Source: Histomonas meleagridis 2922-C6/04-290x (Eukaryota; Protista; Parabasalia). From it: DNA of 64,000 bases. Made by a program: the position numbers and the translations under genes. Location: assembly GCA_020184695.1 (NCBI GenBank), contig JAANOX010000042.1:124001-188000 (forward strand), read 5' to 3'. Each line of letters starts with the position of its first letter. The stretch's first letter is position 1. The notes beneath the pieces are model-generated. The model worked only from the letters and a program-made list of their open reading frames with translations, did no database searches and was not told the origin of the DNA. Shown in pieces: positions 1-10,514 of this stretch.

Positions 1-1401
1 ACTGTACAAAATGAAATAGGCGAAAACTCATTTCTTTCTTTTATCACTTTTATGAATGATAATATATTTTTCGGGCACGAAGCCAAATTGGGTTCAGTCC
101 TATCTCCAAATTCTGCAATATTTGATTTCAAATCCATGATTGGAAGTAAATTTGATGATCAGAATATACAAAACAATATGCAGCTATGGCCATTCCAAGT
201 TATTCGTGGTAATAATGATTTTCCTGTTATTCAATTTCCATATCAAAATCAAATAAGAAATTATACTCAAATTGAACTTTCAATTCTTTTCTTGAAAAAT
301 GTAAAAAGAGTTGCTGAAGAAAAACTTACTACTGAAATCACTGATGCTGTTGTTATAGTTCCAACATTTTATAATAGTAATCAACGTGAAACCATTATTA
401 AAATTTGTGAACTATCTGGATTAAATGTCATACGTCTTCTTGACTCTACAGTATCTGCAGCTATTTCTTATGCAAGTACATTAAATAATATATCCAAAGA
501 AATAAATATAATATTTGATTTTGGTTCAAGTAAACTCGATGTTTCGCTAATAAAATTTAAAGGCAAAAAGATTCAGTCCATTTCCACATCAAGTGAGGCA
601 CATCTAGGAGGTCGTGATATTGACAATAGATTAGCATCACATTTTATTAAACGGTTTGAAGAAAAAAATAAATGTCAAATCCGAGATGCAAAATCCAAAC
701 TTTTAATGCTACAAGAATGTGAAAAAGCGAAAATTACTTTATCACAATTACAATCTGCGCAAATGCATATTCCTAATTTTTATAATGAAATTGACTTTAA
801 CGAAACTCTTTCTCGATCTGAATTTGAGGAAATCACTAGCGATCTTTTTGAACGTGTAATAACTCCCATTCGAAGAGTTCTCAAGGATGCAAATCTATCG
901 CCGAATGAAGTTAATGATATCATTTTAGTTGGAGGTTCATCACGAATCCCACGATTTAGACAGGTAATTAGTGAATACTTCAAGAGGGATATTCACCAAA
1001 AAATTGATCCTGTCACATCAGGCGCAAAAGGCGCTGCAATTTATGGAGCAAAACAAAAAGAAATTGATATTTATTCCATTTGTTCCAATGTTTATGGGAT
1101 TGGGACTATAGAAAGCAAGACTTGTGTAATTCCACACAACGCAACACTACCGATGTCACGCATTGCACATTATAAGACAGCTGATATGAACCAAACAATA
1201 GCTAAATTTGACCTTTTGTGCAATGAAAACGATTTGGCGGAAAACAGTAAAAAGGTTAGTAGTTTAACAATAAGCGAAATCCATAATAAACCATTTCGGG
1301 TTACTTATAGTATCGATGAAAATGGAATATTAAATGTAAGTGTAACTCAAGATGATAACTCTGATCTAAAGGTAACTCAAGTTAAGGATGCGGAATTCTA
1401 A
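1..1401 (+). CDS. Hsp70-family protein, 5'-partial, atypical and C-terminally short
   Basis: Frame is open from base 1 (TVQNEIGENSFLSFITFMNDNIFFGHEAK, equivalent to the Hsp70 IANDQGNRTTPSYVAF segment). Motifs HLGGRDIDNRL, CEKAKITLS and ILVGGSSRIP are present. It ends within the substrate-binding beta domain with no helical lid or EEVD. Confidence 0.9.
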   Translation, partial: TVQNEIGENSFLSFITFMNDNIFFGHEAKLGSVLSPNSAIFDFKSMIGSKFDDQNIQNNMQLWPFQVIRGNNDFPVIQFPYQNQIRNYTQIELSILFLKNVKRVAEEKLTTEITDAVVIVPTFYNSNQRETIIKICELSGLNVIRLLDSTVSAAISYASTLNNISKEINIIFDFGSSKLDVSLIKFKGKKIQSISTSSEAHLGGRDIDNRLASHFIKRFEEKNKCQIRDAKSKLLMLQECEKAKITLSQLQSAQMHIPNFYNEIDFNETLSRSEFEEITSDLFERVITPIRRVLKDANLSPNEVNDIILVGGSSRIPRFRQVISEYFKRDIHQKIDPVTSGAKGAAIYGAKQKEIDIYSICSNVYGIGTIESKTCVIPHNATLPMSRIAHYKTADMNQTIAKFDLLCNENDLAENSKKVSSLTISEIHNKPFRVTYSIDENGILNVSVTQDDNSDLKVTQVKDAEF

Positions 1402-1612
1402 TAAACTTTACATGAAAAACCTGTAAGAGCAATTTATTTAATAAATTTTATTTCGATTTGAATTTGTAATCTTCTCGATTTGACATTTATTTTGGGAGAA
1501 GATTTCATTTTTGAAGTTGTTTTTCATGGCGGTGTAATATCATTAACAATTGTATTGACATTTATGAACAAAAAATTTTCAAATTATTCAACCAAACTTT
1601 AAATTTTATTAA

Positions 1613-4600
1613 TTAGATTGAAAGGAAGTCGAATATTGTTGGAGATATGAAGCTATCGATCATTCTTCTTGGGCATTTCGCCAACGCTTCATAATCCTTT
1701 ACGAAGATCATTATATACTTCAAATCCCTTAACACTGCGATACCATTCGTGTCTTCTTTCTTACCACCTTTAGGACTTGACAACAAGAAATTCGTATATT
1801 GACCCAAGAATGTCAAATACGCGTATTGATGTTGTACATTTAATTGCCTTAAAATCGTTATAATACCAACGATAAATTCATAATGACCATAATGTTCATT
1901 ATGAATTAACATATGAAGTCTATCGTCCTCATGAATTTTAGGGTGTCCCAAATTCAATAACGTTATTGCGAATAAAACAAATGAAATTTCAGGTACTGAA
2001 CTTGATAACGTATAAATTTTCTCTAACGGTTCACATATTCCACAATTTTCTAAGTACGCCGATAGCGCAATAATTAATTGCGAAGATGGATAAGGGTTAT
2101 GCGTTGGGTCTCTATAAAATTGTTTTATCGCTTGTAACACAGTGTTATTAGCATTTTGTAATAAGAAGTGTAAGCTATTTGCTTCTAATTGACATTTCAA
2201 TTTCATATGACTATCAATTGTCGCCTTTAATAATTGTATTTGTCCAATTCCACAAACCAAATTTGTCCAATTATTTAAATCGTGTGAAATATTTTGTAAT
2301 ATGTTATTATATACATCTAATGACTGTGGTGGATTCGGCCATAGATTTAACAACGATTGCATTGTAGTATAGAAGTTACCGAAATGTTCATTTTCGAATA
2401 ACTTAAAGAAGTTCTTCAATCGATCAGCCAAAATAAATGATAACAATGTATCTATCGATGAAGTACCTTCGATACCTATAGCGTTACACATTTTGTTTAT
2501 AGTTTTTGTTCCCAAAACTTCTTCACCAGTATTTGGATTTAACCAACCTCCAATTATTTCGCAATAAATTCCATGTTTAATATTTGTTAATTCGATTAAC
2601 ATGTCACTTAACACACCTAAACATGTGTTATATTTGTTGTTATCTTTCATCTTCGGTAATTCGATTGGTGATATTTTACTTTGGAACTCTGATTGCCAAG
2701 AAAGTATTTTCTTACGTAAGAAACGATTCGATTCTTGTTCAACTAAGAAACACATAATTCGATTATATTCATGATGCCATATCCGTAACCCATCTAAGTT
2801 AACATAATCGCCCATATATTCGAAGCTATGTTGAATACCTTCGAGTGCTTTACCTACTAAATCAATGATTTGATTAAATCGTTGTAATGTAATTGCATTA
2901 TTTTTCTTCTTATTATCAGAATTAACAATACAATAATATAACACATTAACGATCTTCTTAACAAGTTGTTTTCGAATCCCTTCTTCTAACATTTGTTTAG
3001 GATCAACAGTAATTACGCCCATTAATGTAGTCTTCATTGCTAAGACACCTGATGTTAGTATTGAGATTTCTTTTGTTAACGCTGCTAAGTTTGAACGATC
3101 ATTAAGTTGTGCATATTCTTTAAGTTTTACACGTTCAATACGATTTGGTAATTCTTTAAGGACATCAGTTCGAATACGTATAATTTGTGCTAAGACATCG
3201 AAGATTGAAATTGGTACTATTTCTAATACAGTACGTACGAAATCGACAATTAATGTTGAATAATGTTCTGATACTGATGCTGCATCTGGTGATTCTGCTT
3301 GTACTATACGGATTAATTGTAAATCTAATAATGATGTAAGCTTCAAAAATGTCGCTCGTAATTTTAAGACTGAAAACGGATCATTTTTAATTCGATGTTG
3401 CATTAATGGGATAAATGAATTAATGATATAAAAGCCATATTTGAAATCACTTAATGTACCAATTAATGGTCCATATGATTCATCAACACATAAAAGACGT
3501 CCTAATGTTTTAAGTGATCCAATGACTTTAGCAACACTTTCTTTGATAAATATACTTTGACTAATTTGTGAATATTGTAATAATTTCTCTAAAGCGACAA
3601 TTAATTGGAATATTTTTTGTGTGTTTGTTTGTGAATTTTCATTTTCTAATTGCTCAACTTCATTCGCAATGCTTTCAAACCATTTTTGTAGATTTTCATC
3701 TTTTTGTAATGATGATAATGATAATGTACCACTAAACGATAAAGCTAATTCTCGTAATAAGTTTGCGGCTTTAGTACGCTCATCATTCCATAATTCAGGT
3801 TTCTTATTAAGTGCATCATCTAATGCTGTCTTAAGTTCGAATTCAAATTCTGCTAAATCTAATAGAAACGCTAATAATGTATCGCGGTCCAATGGAAAAA
3901 CTGCTTTTTTACTTGGTTCAACTGTTTGTAATACTAAAAATCGTAAAAGGACATTTGCATCTCGTACTGTTTTGACGTAATTATCAATGTTGTCAAGTAA
4001 TTGTTCAAGTTTAGTAAAGCCATCAGATAATATTTGCTTGATTTGTGAATGATATTTAGGTAAAAGTGTAACCATACGCTGATAGTATTGCATTGAATTC
4101 ATTTTCATAGCTTCTGAAATGGCAGAATATGCCGCAGGAAACGGTCGCCAGATGATGTTCAAGTCGAAGCAACTGCCCATGAAGTAGGGCACGATCCAAT
4201 TGTCAAAGAAGAAACGACTCGTAATTTCTTTCATTAGATATGCGTTGTCTTTGAGTGTGTCAGGTGAAAATAATAAGAAGATAAATAACATTGCTCCTTG
4301 TGTGGCTAAGGCAACACTTCGATGCTCAGCATCAGGATAATTCGGCATTTGAAGATATACATCATCATTACGATAACGGTCAATAAGAAGATCAACAAAA
4401 TCTGATGGAATCTTAATACGATTAATTAATTCAAGTGGATACATAAAAGGAATTGGACCACCTTTGACATAATCAGTAGACCTACATACATCACAAACTT
4501 TTGAATAATTTAATAATAATGATGAGCCCCTCCAACGACTAAAGGCAACAAGAATTCGCTCTCTAACGAGGCCTGGAATATAAGAATCCATTTGAAGAAG

Positions 4601-5044
4601 CATTACCCCATATTGATAAAGCGCTTCACCAAGAAGTTGTTTCCCATCTGTTTCTCTTAGAAGTGATTCAACTGACATTTGAAGAAAGTAATTTTGAGAA
4701 AGTTGGTCAAGATAATGAAGAAAATCAAGAACATATCGAACGATTGATTCAAATAAACGAGAAAACCGAGTAACTATTTCAACATGTGTTTCTCTACATT
4801 CCTCATCAAGATTTTTGAGTGTTGGATTGTGCTCAATAGTGGCTTCGATTTCTGATTCCCTGCCAATGTAATCAAAATCATAAAGAATTTTTGCATAAGG
4901 ATGAGTTGTATATGTTTTTGGAAAGGTAAAATCTTCTGGAATATATTGTGAAAGTCGTTGAATTTCGGCAATAATGGAGCTACCGCGTGATACAATTGTT
5001 AAAAGGCTCCACCCGCATGTGTTTGCTTTTGTAAGCAGTTCCAT
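1613..5044 (-). CDS. WASHC5: Strumpellin, WASH complex subunit 5
   Basis: First in-frame ATG gives MELLTKANTCGWSLLTIVSRGSSIIAEIQRLSQYIP, matching the strumpellin N-terminus ([30 protein letters not shown]). Also YPDAEHRSVALATQGAML, FFFDNWIVPYFMG and DPKQMLEEGIRKQLV. 1143 aa. Confidence 0.95.
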   Translation of the reverse strand: MELLTKANTCGWSLLTIVSRGSSIIAEIQRLSQYIPEDFTFPKTYTTHPYAKILYDFDYIGRESEIEATIEHNPTLKNLDEECRETHVEIVTRFSRLFESIVRYVLDFLHYLDQLSQNYFLQMSVESLLRETDGKQLLGEALYQYGVMLLQMDSYIPGLVRERILVAFSRWRGSSLLLNYSKVCDVCRSTDYVKGGPIPFMYPLELINRIKIPSDFVDLLIDRYRNDDVYLQMPNYPDAEHRSVALATQGAMLFIFLLFSPDTLKDNAYLMKEITSRFFFDNWIVPYFMGSCFDLNIIWRPFPAAYSAISEAMKMNSMQYYQRMVTLLPKYHSQIKQILSDGFTKLEQLLDNIDNYVKTVRDANVLLRFLVLQTVEPSKKAVFPLDRDTLLAFLLDLAEFEFELKTALDDALNKKPELWNDERTKAANLLRELALSFSGTLSLSSLQKDENLQKWFESIANEVEQLENENSQTNTQKIFQLIVALEKLLQYSQISQSIFIKESVAKVIGSLKTLGRLLCVDESYGPLIGTLSDFKYGFYIINSFIPLMQHRIKNDPFSVLKLRATFLKLTSLLDLQLIRIVQAESPDAASVSEHYSTLIVDFVRTVLEIVPISIFDVLAQIIRIRTDVLKELPNRIERVKLKEYAQLNDRSNLAALTKEISILTSGVLAMKTTLMGVITVDPKQMLEEGIRKQLVKKIVNVLYYCIVNSDNKKKNNAITLQRFNQIIDLVGKALEGIQHSFEYMGDYVNLDGLRIWHHEYNRIMCFLVEQESNRFLRKKILSWQSEFQSKISPIELPKMKDNNKYNTCLGVLSDMLIELTNIKHGIYCEIIGGWLNPNTGEEVLGTKTINKMCNAIGIEGTSSIDTLLSFILADRLKNFFKLFENEHFGNFYTTMQSLLNLWPNPPQSLDVYNNILQNISHDLNNWTNLVCGIGQIQLLKATIDSHMKLKCQLEANSLHFLLQNANNTVLQAIKQFYRDPTHNPYPSSQLIIALSAYLENCGICEPLEKIYTLSSSVPEISFVLFAITLLNLGHPKIHEDDRLHMLIHNEHYGHYEFIVGIITILRQLNVQHQYAYLTFLGQYTNFLLSSPKGGKKEDTNGIAVLRDLKYIMIFVKDYEALAKCPRRMIDSFISPTIFDFLSI

Positions 5045-5311
5045 TGAATGGGAAATGTCATATGAAAAACAACTAAAATGAAACCGTCCATGCAACGATG
5101 TAAGAAAAGTGTCAGCTTCGGTGAATGATTCAAATTGCAATCATATTATTCATTAAAAAATAATTTTATAAAACATAAAATTCTTCTGATTTCAAATGCT
5201 AAAACAAAGCAGAAATTAACAATAACTTTTCATAAATTCATTTAATTAATTTTTTTTTAATGAATAAGAAAACATTATATTGATTTATAATAAAAAATTT
5301 ATTATTTGATA

Positions 5312-6778
5312 TTAACATTCCATTAAAAAGTTGATTACTTCGCTTATATCAAGAGATTCATTATGTGGTCTATTCCATTCTGGAATTTCTTCAACTCCGA
5401 TATGTATTAAGAAATCTTTTATCTTCTCATAAAGTCGATACACACCAAATTTGATACATAAATTCATTAAATTCATCATTTCTTCCATATTTTGGTTTGC
5501 TTCGATTAATGAATTAATTTTGGAGAACACTGAATCACTTTCATTATTTATATCCATTTCCTCACTAATATTTTTTATGATATCTTTTAATTCGTCGAAA
5601 TGGCCAAGTTGAATACTCATTACATCTTCTAATTGTTCATTATATATATTAGATACAACATCATTACCATCAGCTCTAAAATAAGCGACTGCTAATGCTA
5701 ATGCTGTTGCTCTTACTTCTATGATATCTAAATCAAGTTTCGATATTAAATCTGCAGCTTCTTTCCAATTACATTTTCTTGTTAAACCTAAAATTCTAAT
5801 TGGTAAAATTCGTTCATTTAAATCAGCCAATTTCGCAATTTGAAAATCTCTTTCACCAAAAACATTAATTGCTATTGTTGGATCAACTTTTAATGCCTTA
5901 GAGAAATCATTTTCATTTAATGCATCTTTCACAGATGCGATTGGATGAGGGTTTTCCATTGTTGCTGCATATTTCCAAGAAGAAGGAGAATCATCAATTT
6001 TTGCTTTAAGTGCAACAGCTGTAGAAATCACAGATTTATCAGTGATTTGTTTGGATTCATTAATAGACTCATTAAGCATAAGTTTCGACGCATTTTTCAT
6101 CCCAACAATATCGAAAATTTGTGCTAATGAAATAGAAGAACGTGATAAAAATGTTGGATCATTACTCTCCGATAATTTCAAACAAAATTGCGTCATTTCT
6201 TCAGTGGATAAAACTGTTTTACGTTGTTTCGCATGAAGGAGTGAATGATATAGAAGTGATTGAGCCGAATCTTTTGGTATTGATTCGATTTGATCTGGCG
6301 TTGGTGGCGGAATATCATATGATATGTAGGGAGAAAGAATTTCATCGCAATCTATGCGTGAAAATAATGTGTCCGGTGGAAGAAGAAGTGGAATTGGATT
6401 AACTTCTGAATCATTTATCCATTTCAAATATGACGGGAAAAGTTGAGTGACATTGTGGAATGAACTCGACTTGAGTTGCAGAGTTACACTTTTAATGATT
6501 ACACCTAAAGGTGAATCAACTTTGATATTATGTGTTTCGGCAATGGACTCAAAAAATTCAATTGCCTTTGGATAATCTCGTTGAAACATATCAAATAGTT
6601 CGAGCGAGCGCTGGAGTAGAGTTTCATTGAGTGAGGCTTTGAAATGTCCATAACCAACGAATTGACGGCGAACTGTTTCTGAAAGTTTCAAAAAATTTGG
6701 AATTTGTTCAATATCGCTTAGATCATTTTCAACAAAAGCTAAGGAAAATAATAGAATTCCGAGTTCATCAGCCCTCAT
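5312..6778 (-). CDS. Hypothetical helical protein, APC5 (anaphase-promoting complex subunit 5)-like
   Basis: Segment SLLYHSLLHAKQRK...SRSSISLAQIFDIVGMKNASKLMLNESINESKQITDKSVI resembles, by eye, the APC5 domain (YLSYLNSLRVQD...RYAALNLAALHCRFGHYQQAELALQEAIRIAQESNDHVCL). Start moved to the first ATG (MRADEL). Confidence 0.5.
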   Translation of the reverse strand: MRADELGILLFSLAFVENDLSDIEQIPNFLKLSETVRRQFVGYGHFKASLNETLLQRSLELFDMFQRDYPKAIEFFESIAETHNIKVDSPLGVIIKSVTLQLKSSSFHNVTQLFPSYLKWINDSEVNPIPLLLPPDTLFSRIDCDEILSPYISYDIPPPTPDQIESIPKDSAQSLLYHSLLHAKQRKTVLSTEEMTQFCLKLSESNDPTFLSRSSISLAQIFDIVGMKNASKLMLNESINESKQITDKSVISTAVALKAKIDDSPSSWKYAATMENPHPIASVKDALNENDFSKALKVDPTIAINVFGERDFQIAKLADLNERILPIRILGLTRKCNWKEAADLISKLDLDIIEVRATALALAVAYFRADGNDVVSNIYNEQLEDVMSIQLGHFDELKDIIKNISEEMDINNESDSVFSKINSLIEANQNMEEMMNLMNLCIKFGVYRLYEKIKDFLIHIGVEEIPEWNRPHNESLDISEVINFLMEC

Positions 6779-7429
6779 TTGTGTTGGGAGTAAACAGATG
6801 CAATTGGAGTACCCCAACACAACGAAATATTTGAATTCATTTTGATCGACACGGAATTATTTCTATTAAAAAAGACGTTAACCCATTTTAAATCAATACC
6901 ACACCATTTTTCTAAAAATCCCAAGTTTTACTGCAAAAACTTTAATTCTAGCCATCAACAACATTTTTCATACTTCACCAATAAGTCATCTTTTAACCTT
7001 AAATGAGAATTCAAGAATTAGGTTTTCTAGAAAATGTAATCTTTGATTCTCTTAGAGATCTGTCTTTCTTTACTCCCAAACATATATTTCAGCTTTTTGT
7101 ATACGCAAAATTACTGAGTTCGTTTACACCATTTGAATATAAAGCATGAAATCAAGTATAGCTTTGATTATATCGATTACGTCCATGACTACTCCTCATT
7201 TTTGTTGAGAATTTATTGGAATTTATATGACAATCAATTTTTCTAAATCATCATTTGAGATAATGTACGAGCGATTTTTGGTTAAAACATTACTCACATG
7301 TAAAGCTATTCATTATGTACTTGTGATTTTGATGTAAGAAATTTGTTTTATAATTTTTCGTCAGAAAAAAATATTATTTAATAAATAAATATTTAAAAAA
7401 AAGTTCAACAAAAACAAAAAAAAATCATT

Positions 7430-8578
7430 TTAAAACTCATTTACAACATTACACAACAATTTTTTCAGTTCACCTATATCATCAACGGCACATGTTTCCC
7501 TTGCAGAGTGTCTCGCCAGTATTGGGATTCCGATTTCCATAACTTTCATTTCAGTCTCATTTTTCGTTTCTATTTCATCACTTTCATGCATCTCTATTCC
7601 ATGTCTCATTGCACATTCTTTTATCTTACTCACAGTTCGTATGTCACAATTGTTACGTGAAAAAACAATTCCATCGCCAATGCGAATTTTTGCAATCTCA
7701 TTAAAAAGTTCATTATAATTCGGATGATATGCATTAAAACAACGCAATGCAAGAAACGTCGTGTTCGCCATGAAAGGGCGTGTTGCTCCAACTCTATGAA
7801 GAACATCAGGTACAAAATTTTTGTGAATGTTACCAAATATAACAAGACCAATAAGTCCTGTTTTCGGCGCGCTTTGAAGAAAAGCTTCAAGAGCACATAG
7901 AGATGGAACAAGATTATCAATTCGTGAGGATGCAAATATTGTTTCATCAATTCCGATTATTGATGGTTCTTGAGAATCAACAAAATATGTCTCCGTATCA
8001 ATGAGATCGCTAACAGTGCAATTAAGTTCTGAGGAAATAAGCTTTGTTATCGGATTTTTAGCATGGAGATAAAATTTATTATTTAAAGCAGTAAAACTGG
8101 TTTCAATATTGTAGTTGGATCTAAGAGGTGAAGAGCTGCTGATCTTTAGACCACAGGAAGTAATTTTGGCGCAAGGATAGGTGGAATAAAAAAGCTTTTC
8201 AACGCGTTTATCACCTTCCTTAATTTTTGCACGTCCAGCAATCTTGAGATCACGATCGACCCAGGTTGATGCATAAATTTCGCCTGTTGGTATTGTCCTG
8301 ATTTTTGATGTTAAATCAGAAGTGCAACGAAAACATGGAGAATCAGAATTTGACTTTATAATTAAGCCATGCGTAAGGTCTGCTTTGTTAATGGCAAAAA
8401 TAGATGAATTATTGCGAATCACAAAAAATTTATTAGGAATTGTATCCCAATCATTGGTTTCCAAAAGTTCAACGTATCCTAAATTTGTTAGCTGTTTTTT
8501 TGCATATTCAACAAAGTGATAAGGTGTTGGTATTAATTTTAAGTTAGCTGCTAATTCATTGGGCTCTTTTGCTTTCAT
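7430..8578 (-). CDS. M18 aspartyl aminopeptidase homolog, probably catalytically degenerate
   Basis: PTPYHFV, DSP, STWVDRDLKIAGR, SSRIDNL, HPNY and GIPILARHSARE motifs. The AHTDSP His, the NEEVGS Glu pair and the SADMAH Asp are not retained. Confidence 0.85.
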   Translation of the reverse strand: MKAKEPNELAANLKLIPTPYHFVEYAKKQLTNLGYVELLETNDWDTIPNKFFVIRNNSSIFAINKADLTHGLIIKSNSDSPCFRCTSDLTSKIRTIPTGEIYASTWVDRDLKIAGRAKIKEGDKRVEKLFYSTYPCAKITSCGLKISSSSPLRSNYNIETSFTALNNKFYLHAKNPITKLISSELNCTVSDLIDTETYFVDSQEPSIIGIDETIFASSRIDNLVPSLCALEAFLQSAPKTGLIGLVIFGNIHKNFVPDVLHRVGATRPFMANTTFLALRCFNAYHPNYNELFNEIAKIRIGDGIVFSRNNCDIRTVSKIKECAMRHGIEMHESDEIETKNETEMKVMEIGIPILARHSARETCAVDDIGELKKLLCNVVNEF

Positions 8579-8976
8579 TTGTTTTTGACGGCAAATTTGG
8601 TTTAATTATTTTGTCATTTGACGATCATTTTTAATTGAAAATAAACTTTAATAAATATATATATTTCAATGAACCCTTCACTATCAGCACTTTATTAAAC
8701 TCAAATAAGTTATTTTTAATTCCTTTTATTTGCTCTTAGTTTTTTTATTATCTGAAGATCTTTGACTGTTTCCATGAAGTATCAAATTTCAATATAAATT
8801 GTTATTTTACATTTGCTCAATAAAACATTAATATTTTTTTTAACCAATCTCGATGTTTTTATATTAATAATATAATTTTATTGATGCACCTTTACAGACT
8901 TAACGATTCCAATCCTAATGAATTTCAAACTTTTATTTACACCAAACAGAAGGAGATACATCGTGTGCATATCTAA

Positions 8977-10110
8977 TTATTTCTCCAGATAAAAAATCGT
9001 CAGTAATGTGTTTAATCTTTCTTCCGACAAAAACAATTCAGTTCCATTTTCGAAATCTATGTCCACATCACCTATTAAGTTCAGATATACAGATGGAACT
9101 AAGAGCAAATAAACATCTGGATGAAATCTTTGGCTCAATGCCAAAAGGATTCTTGAATGCCGCAAATTCAAATTCATTGCAATGTGCATGACATCTTTTG
9201 AATCTTTATAACATTCAGCGACATCTCCTTCATTTAAAGTTCCATCCTGAAGACCTATCTAATATTCTATTTCACTTGTCTCAACTTCAAGGCAAAGATT
9301 AAAAGGCTCTTTACGAAATGCAAAAAGGTTTTCGGAAGTTTTATTAAACTAAAAGGTTTTAAATTATATTCATTTCCATTATATTTTACATTATATCTTT
9401 TACATAAATTCTCGTTTAATAATTCTTTTTTCCAATCAATATATTCCTCATTTCTACCGAAAACAAAATATTCAAATAATTTAATTCGTCTTAAAAACAA
9501 ATATAATTTTTCTTTATTAAGTTCATTTATATATTTTTTTCATTATTTCATTAAATTTATTCTCAGAAAAATAAGAAGATAAATAAGATATTAAAACAAC
9601 TAATGGAGGGTTTTTCTGATATTCATTATTTCCGTTTTTTATCATTTCATATGTACTTTTATGAGTTGAAAAAAATTATTAAAACAAGCATAGCAAAATG
9701 CAAACCTAAATTTGTTATCAGTCATACAACAGCCAAATAATATTTCTGTAAGTGAATTAATATATTGAGAATCAGCTTCAAGACAGAAATTAATAATATC
9801 ACTGCATACGCACTCTTTGACCAATGACGTAGCTAACAAATTTTGGTATGCATCGCCAATTTTACAGATGTTTTGAAGCCATTCAATTAATTTCACGGTT
9901 TCGTTTGAACTCAATTTGAGAAGGCTAACAAGATGTATTGCAGCAGAATCAAAAATTTGTGGAAGAAGATTTGATATTGATGAAGGAATCTTGGATTCGC
10001 TTTGGTGATTATTAAAAATTCAATTACCTGATGGCTTCCATGAAAATTGATCACCACATACACAATTTGCAATGGGAGATAAACAAATAGAAATTGAATG
10101 TTCTTCGTGA
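8977..10110 (-). pseudogene. UBR-family (N-recognin) E3 ligase relic with large internal deletion
   Basis: UBR-box remnant NGNHEEH...CVCGDQFSWKPSGN* and CCMTDNKFRFAFC segment, followed directly by UBR C-terminal signatures KPFSLIKLPKTF and SVYLNLIGDVDIDFENGTELFLSEERL. Several stops and frameshifts. Confidence 0.7.
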
Positions 10111-10388
10111 TTGCCATTTAAAAAACTATACGATTAGCAGTGTTCTATAAAAAAATATTACACAATATTTATCGTCAAGAAATAATGAAAAAACATACAT
10201 TTTTTCATCAAAAAGAATCCCAAAAATATGTTTCATTTCTTAGTTTAAGGAATTTTTTTATCATTTACAACTTGGCGTACCACTAACTGATGTAAAAAGT
10301 ATGGAAGGAGAAGAAACAAAAAAAAAGTCATCATAACATAATGTTCAAAATTTCATTTCATGACAACAGTGAAATATCAAAGAAAGAT

Positions 10389-10445
10389 TAAGCGGTTATT
10401 CTATCGATATTTCTTTTTGAACGCAAACAAAATCTAAGCGGTTAT
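10389..10445 (+). promoter_or_regulatory. Two direct copies of TAAGCGGTTAT (M3/Myb-type core promoter motif)
   Basis: Exact 11-mers at 10389-10399 and 10435-10445, 70-125 nt upstream of the probable ATG at 10515. Fit the Trichomonas M3 consensus DRCSGYTD. Confidence 0.5.
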
Positions 10446-10514
10446 CTAACCATGGGACACCCTGTTGTTTTCATTCAATTGCAAAAATTGAAAGAGGAAG
10501 GTTGCAACCTTCAT

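Noticed and set aside
5045-5140. TTG-initiated N-terminal extension of strumpellin
   Set aside because: The ATG at 5044 coincides with the conserved strumpellin N-terminus. Similar TTG/GTG extensions in the ORF track were trimmed for other genes.
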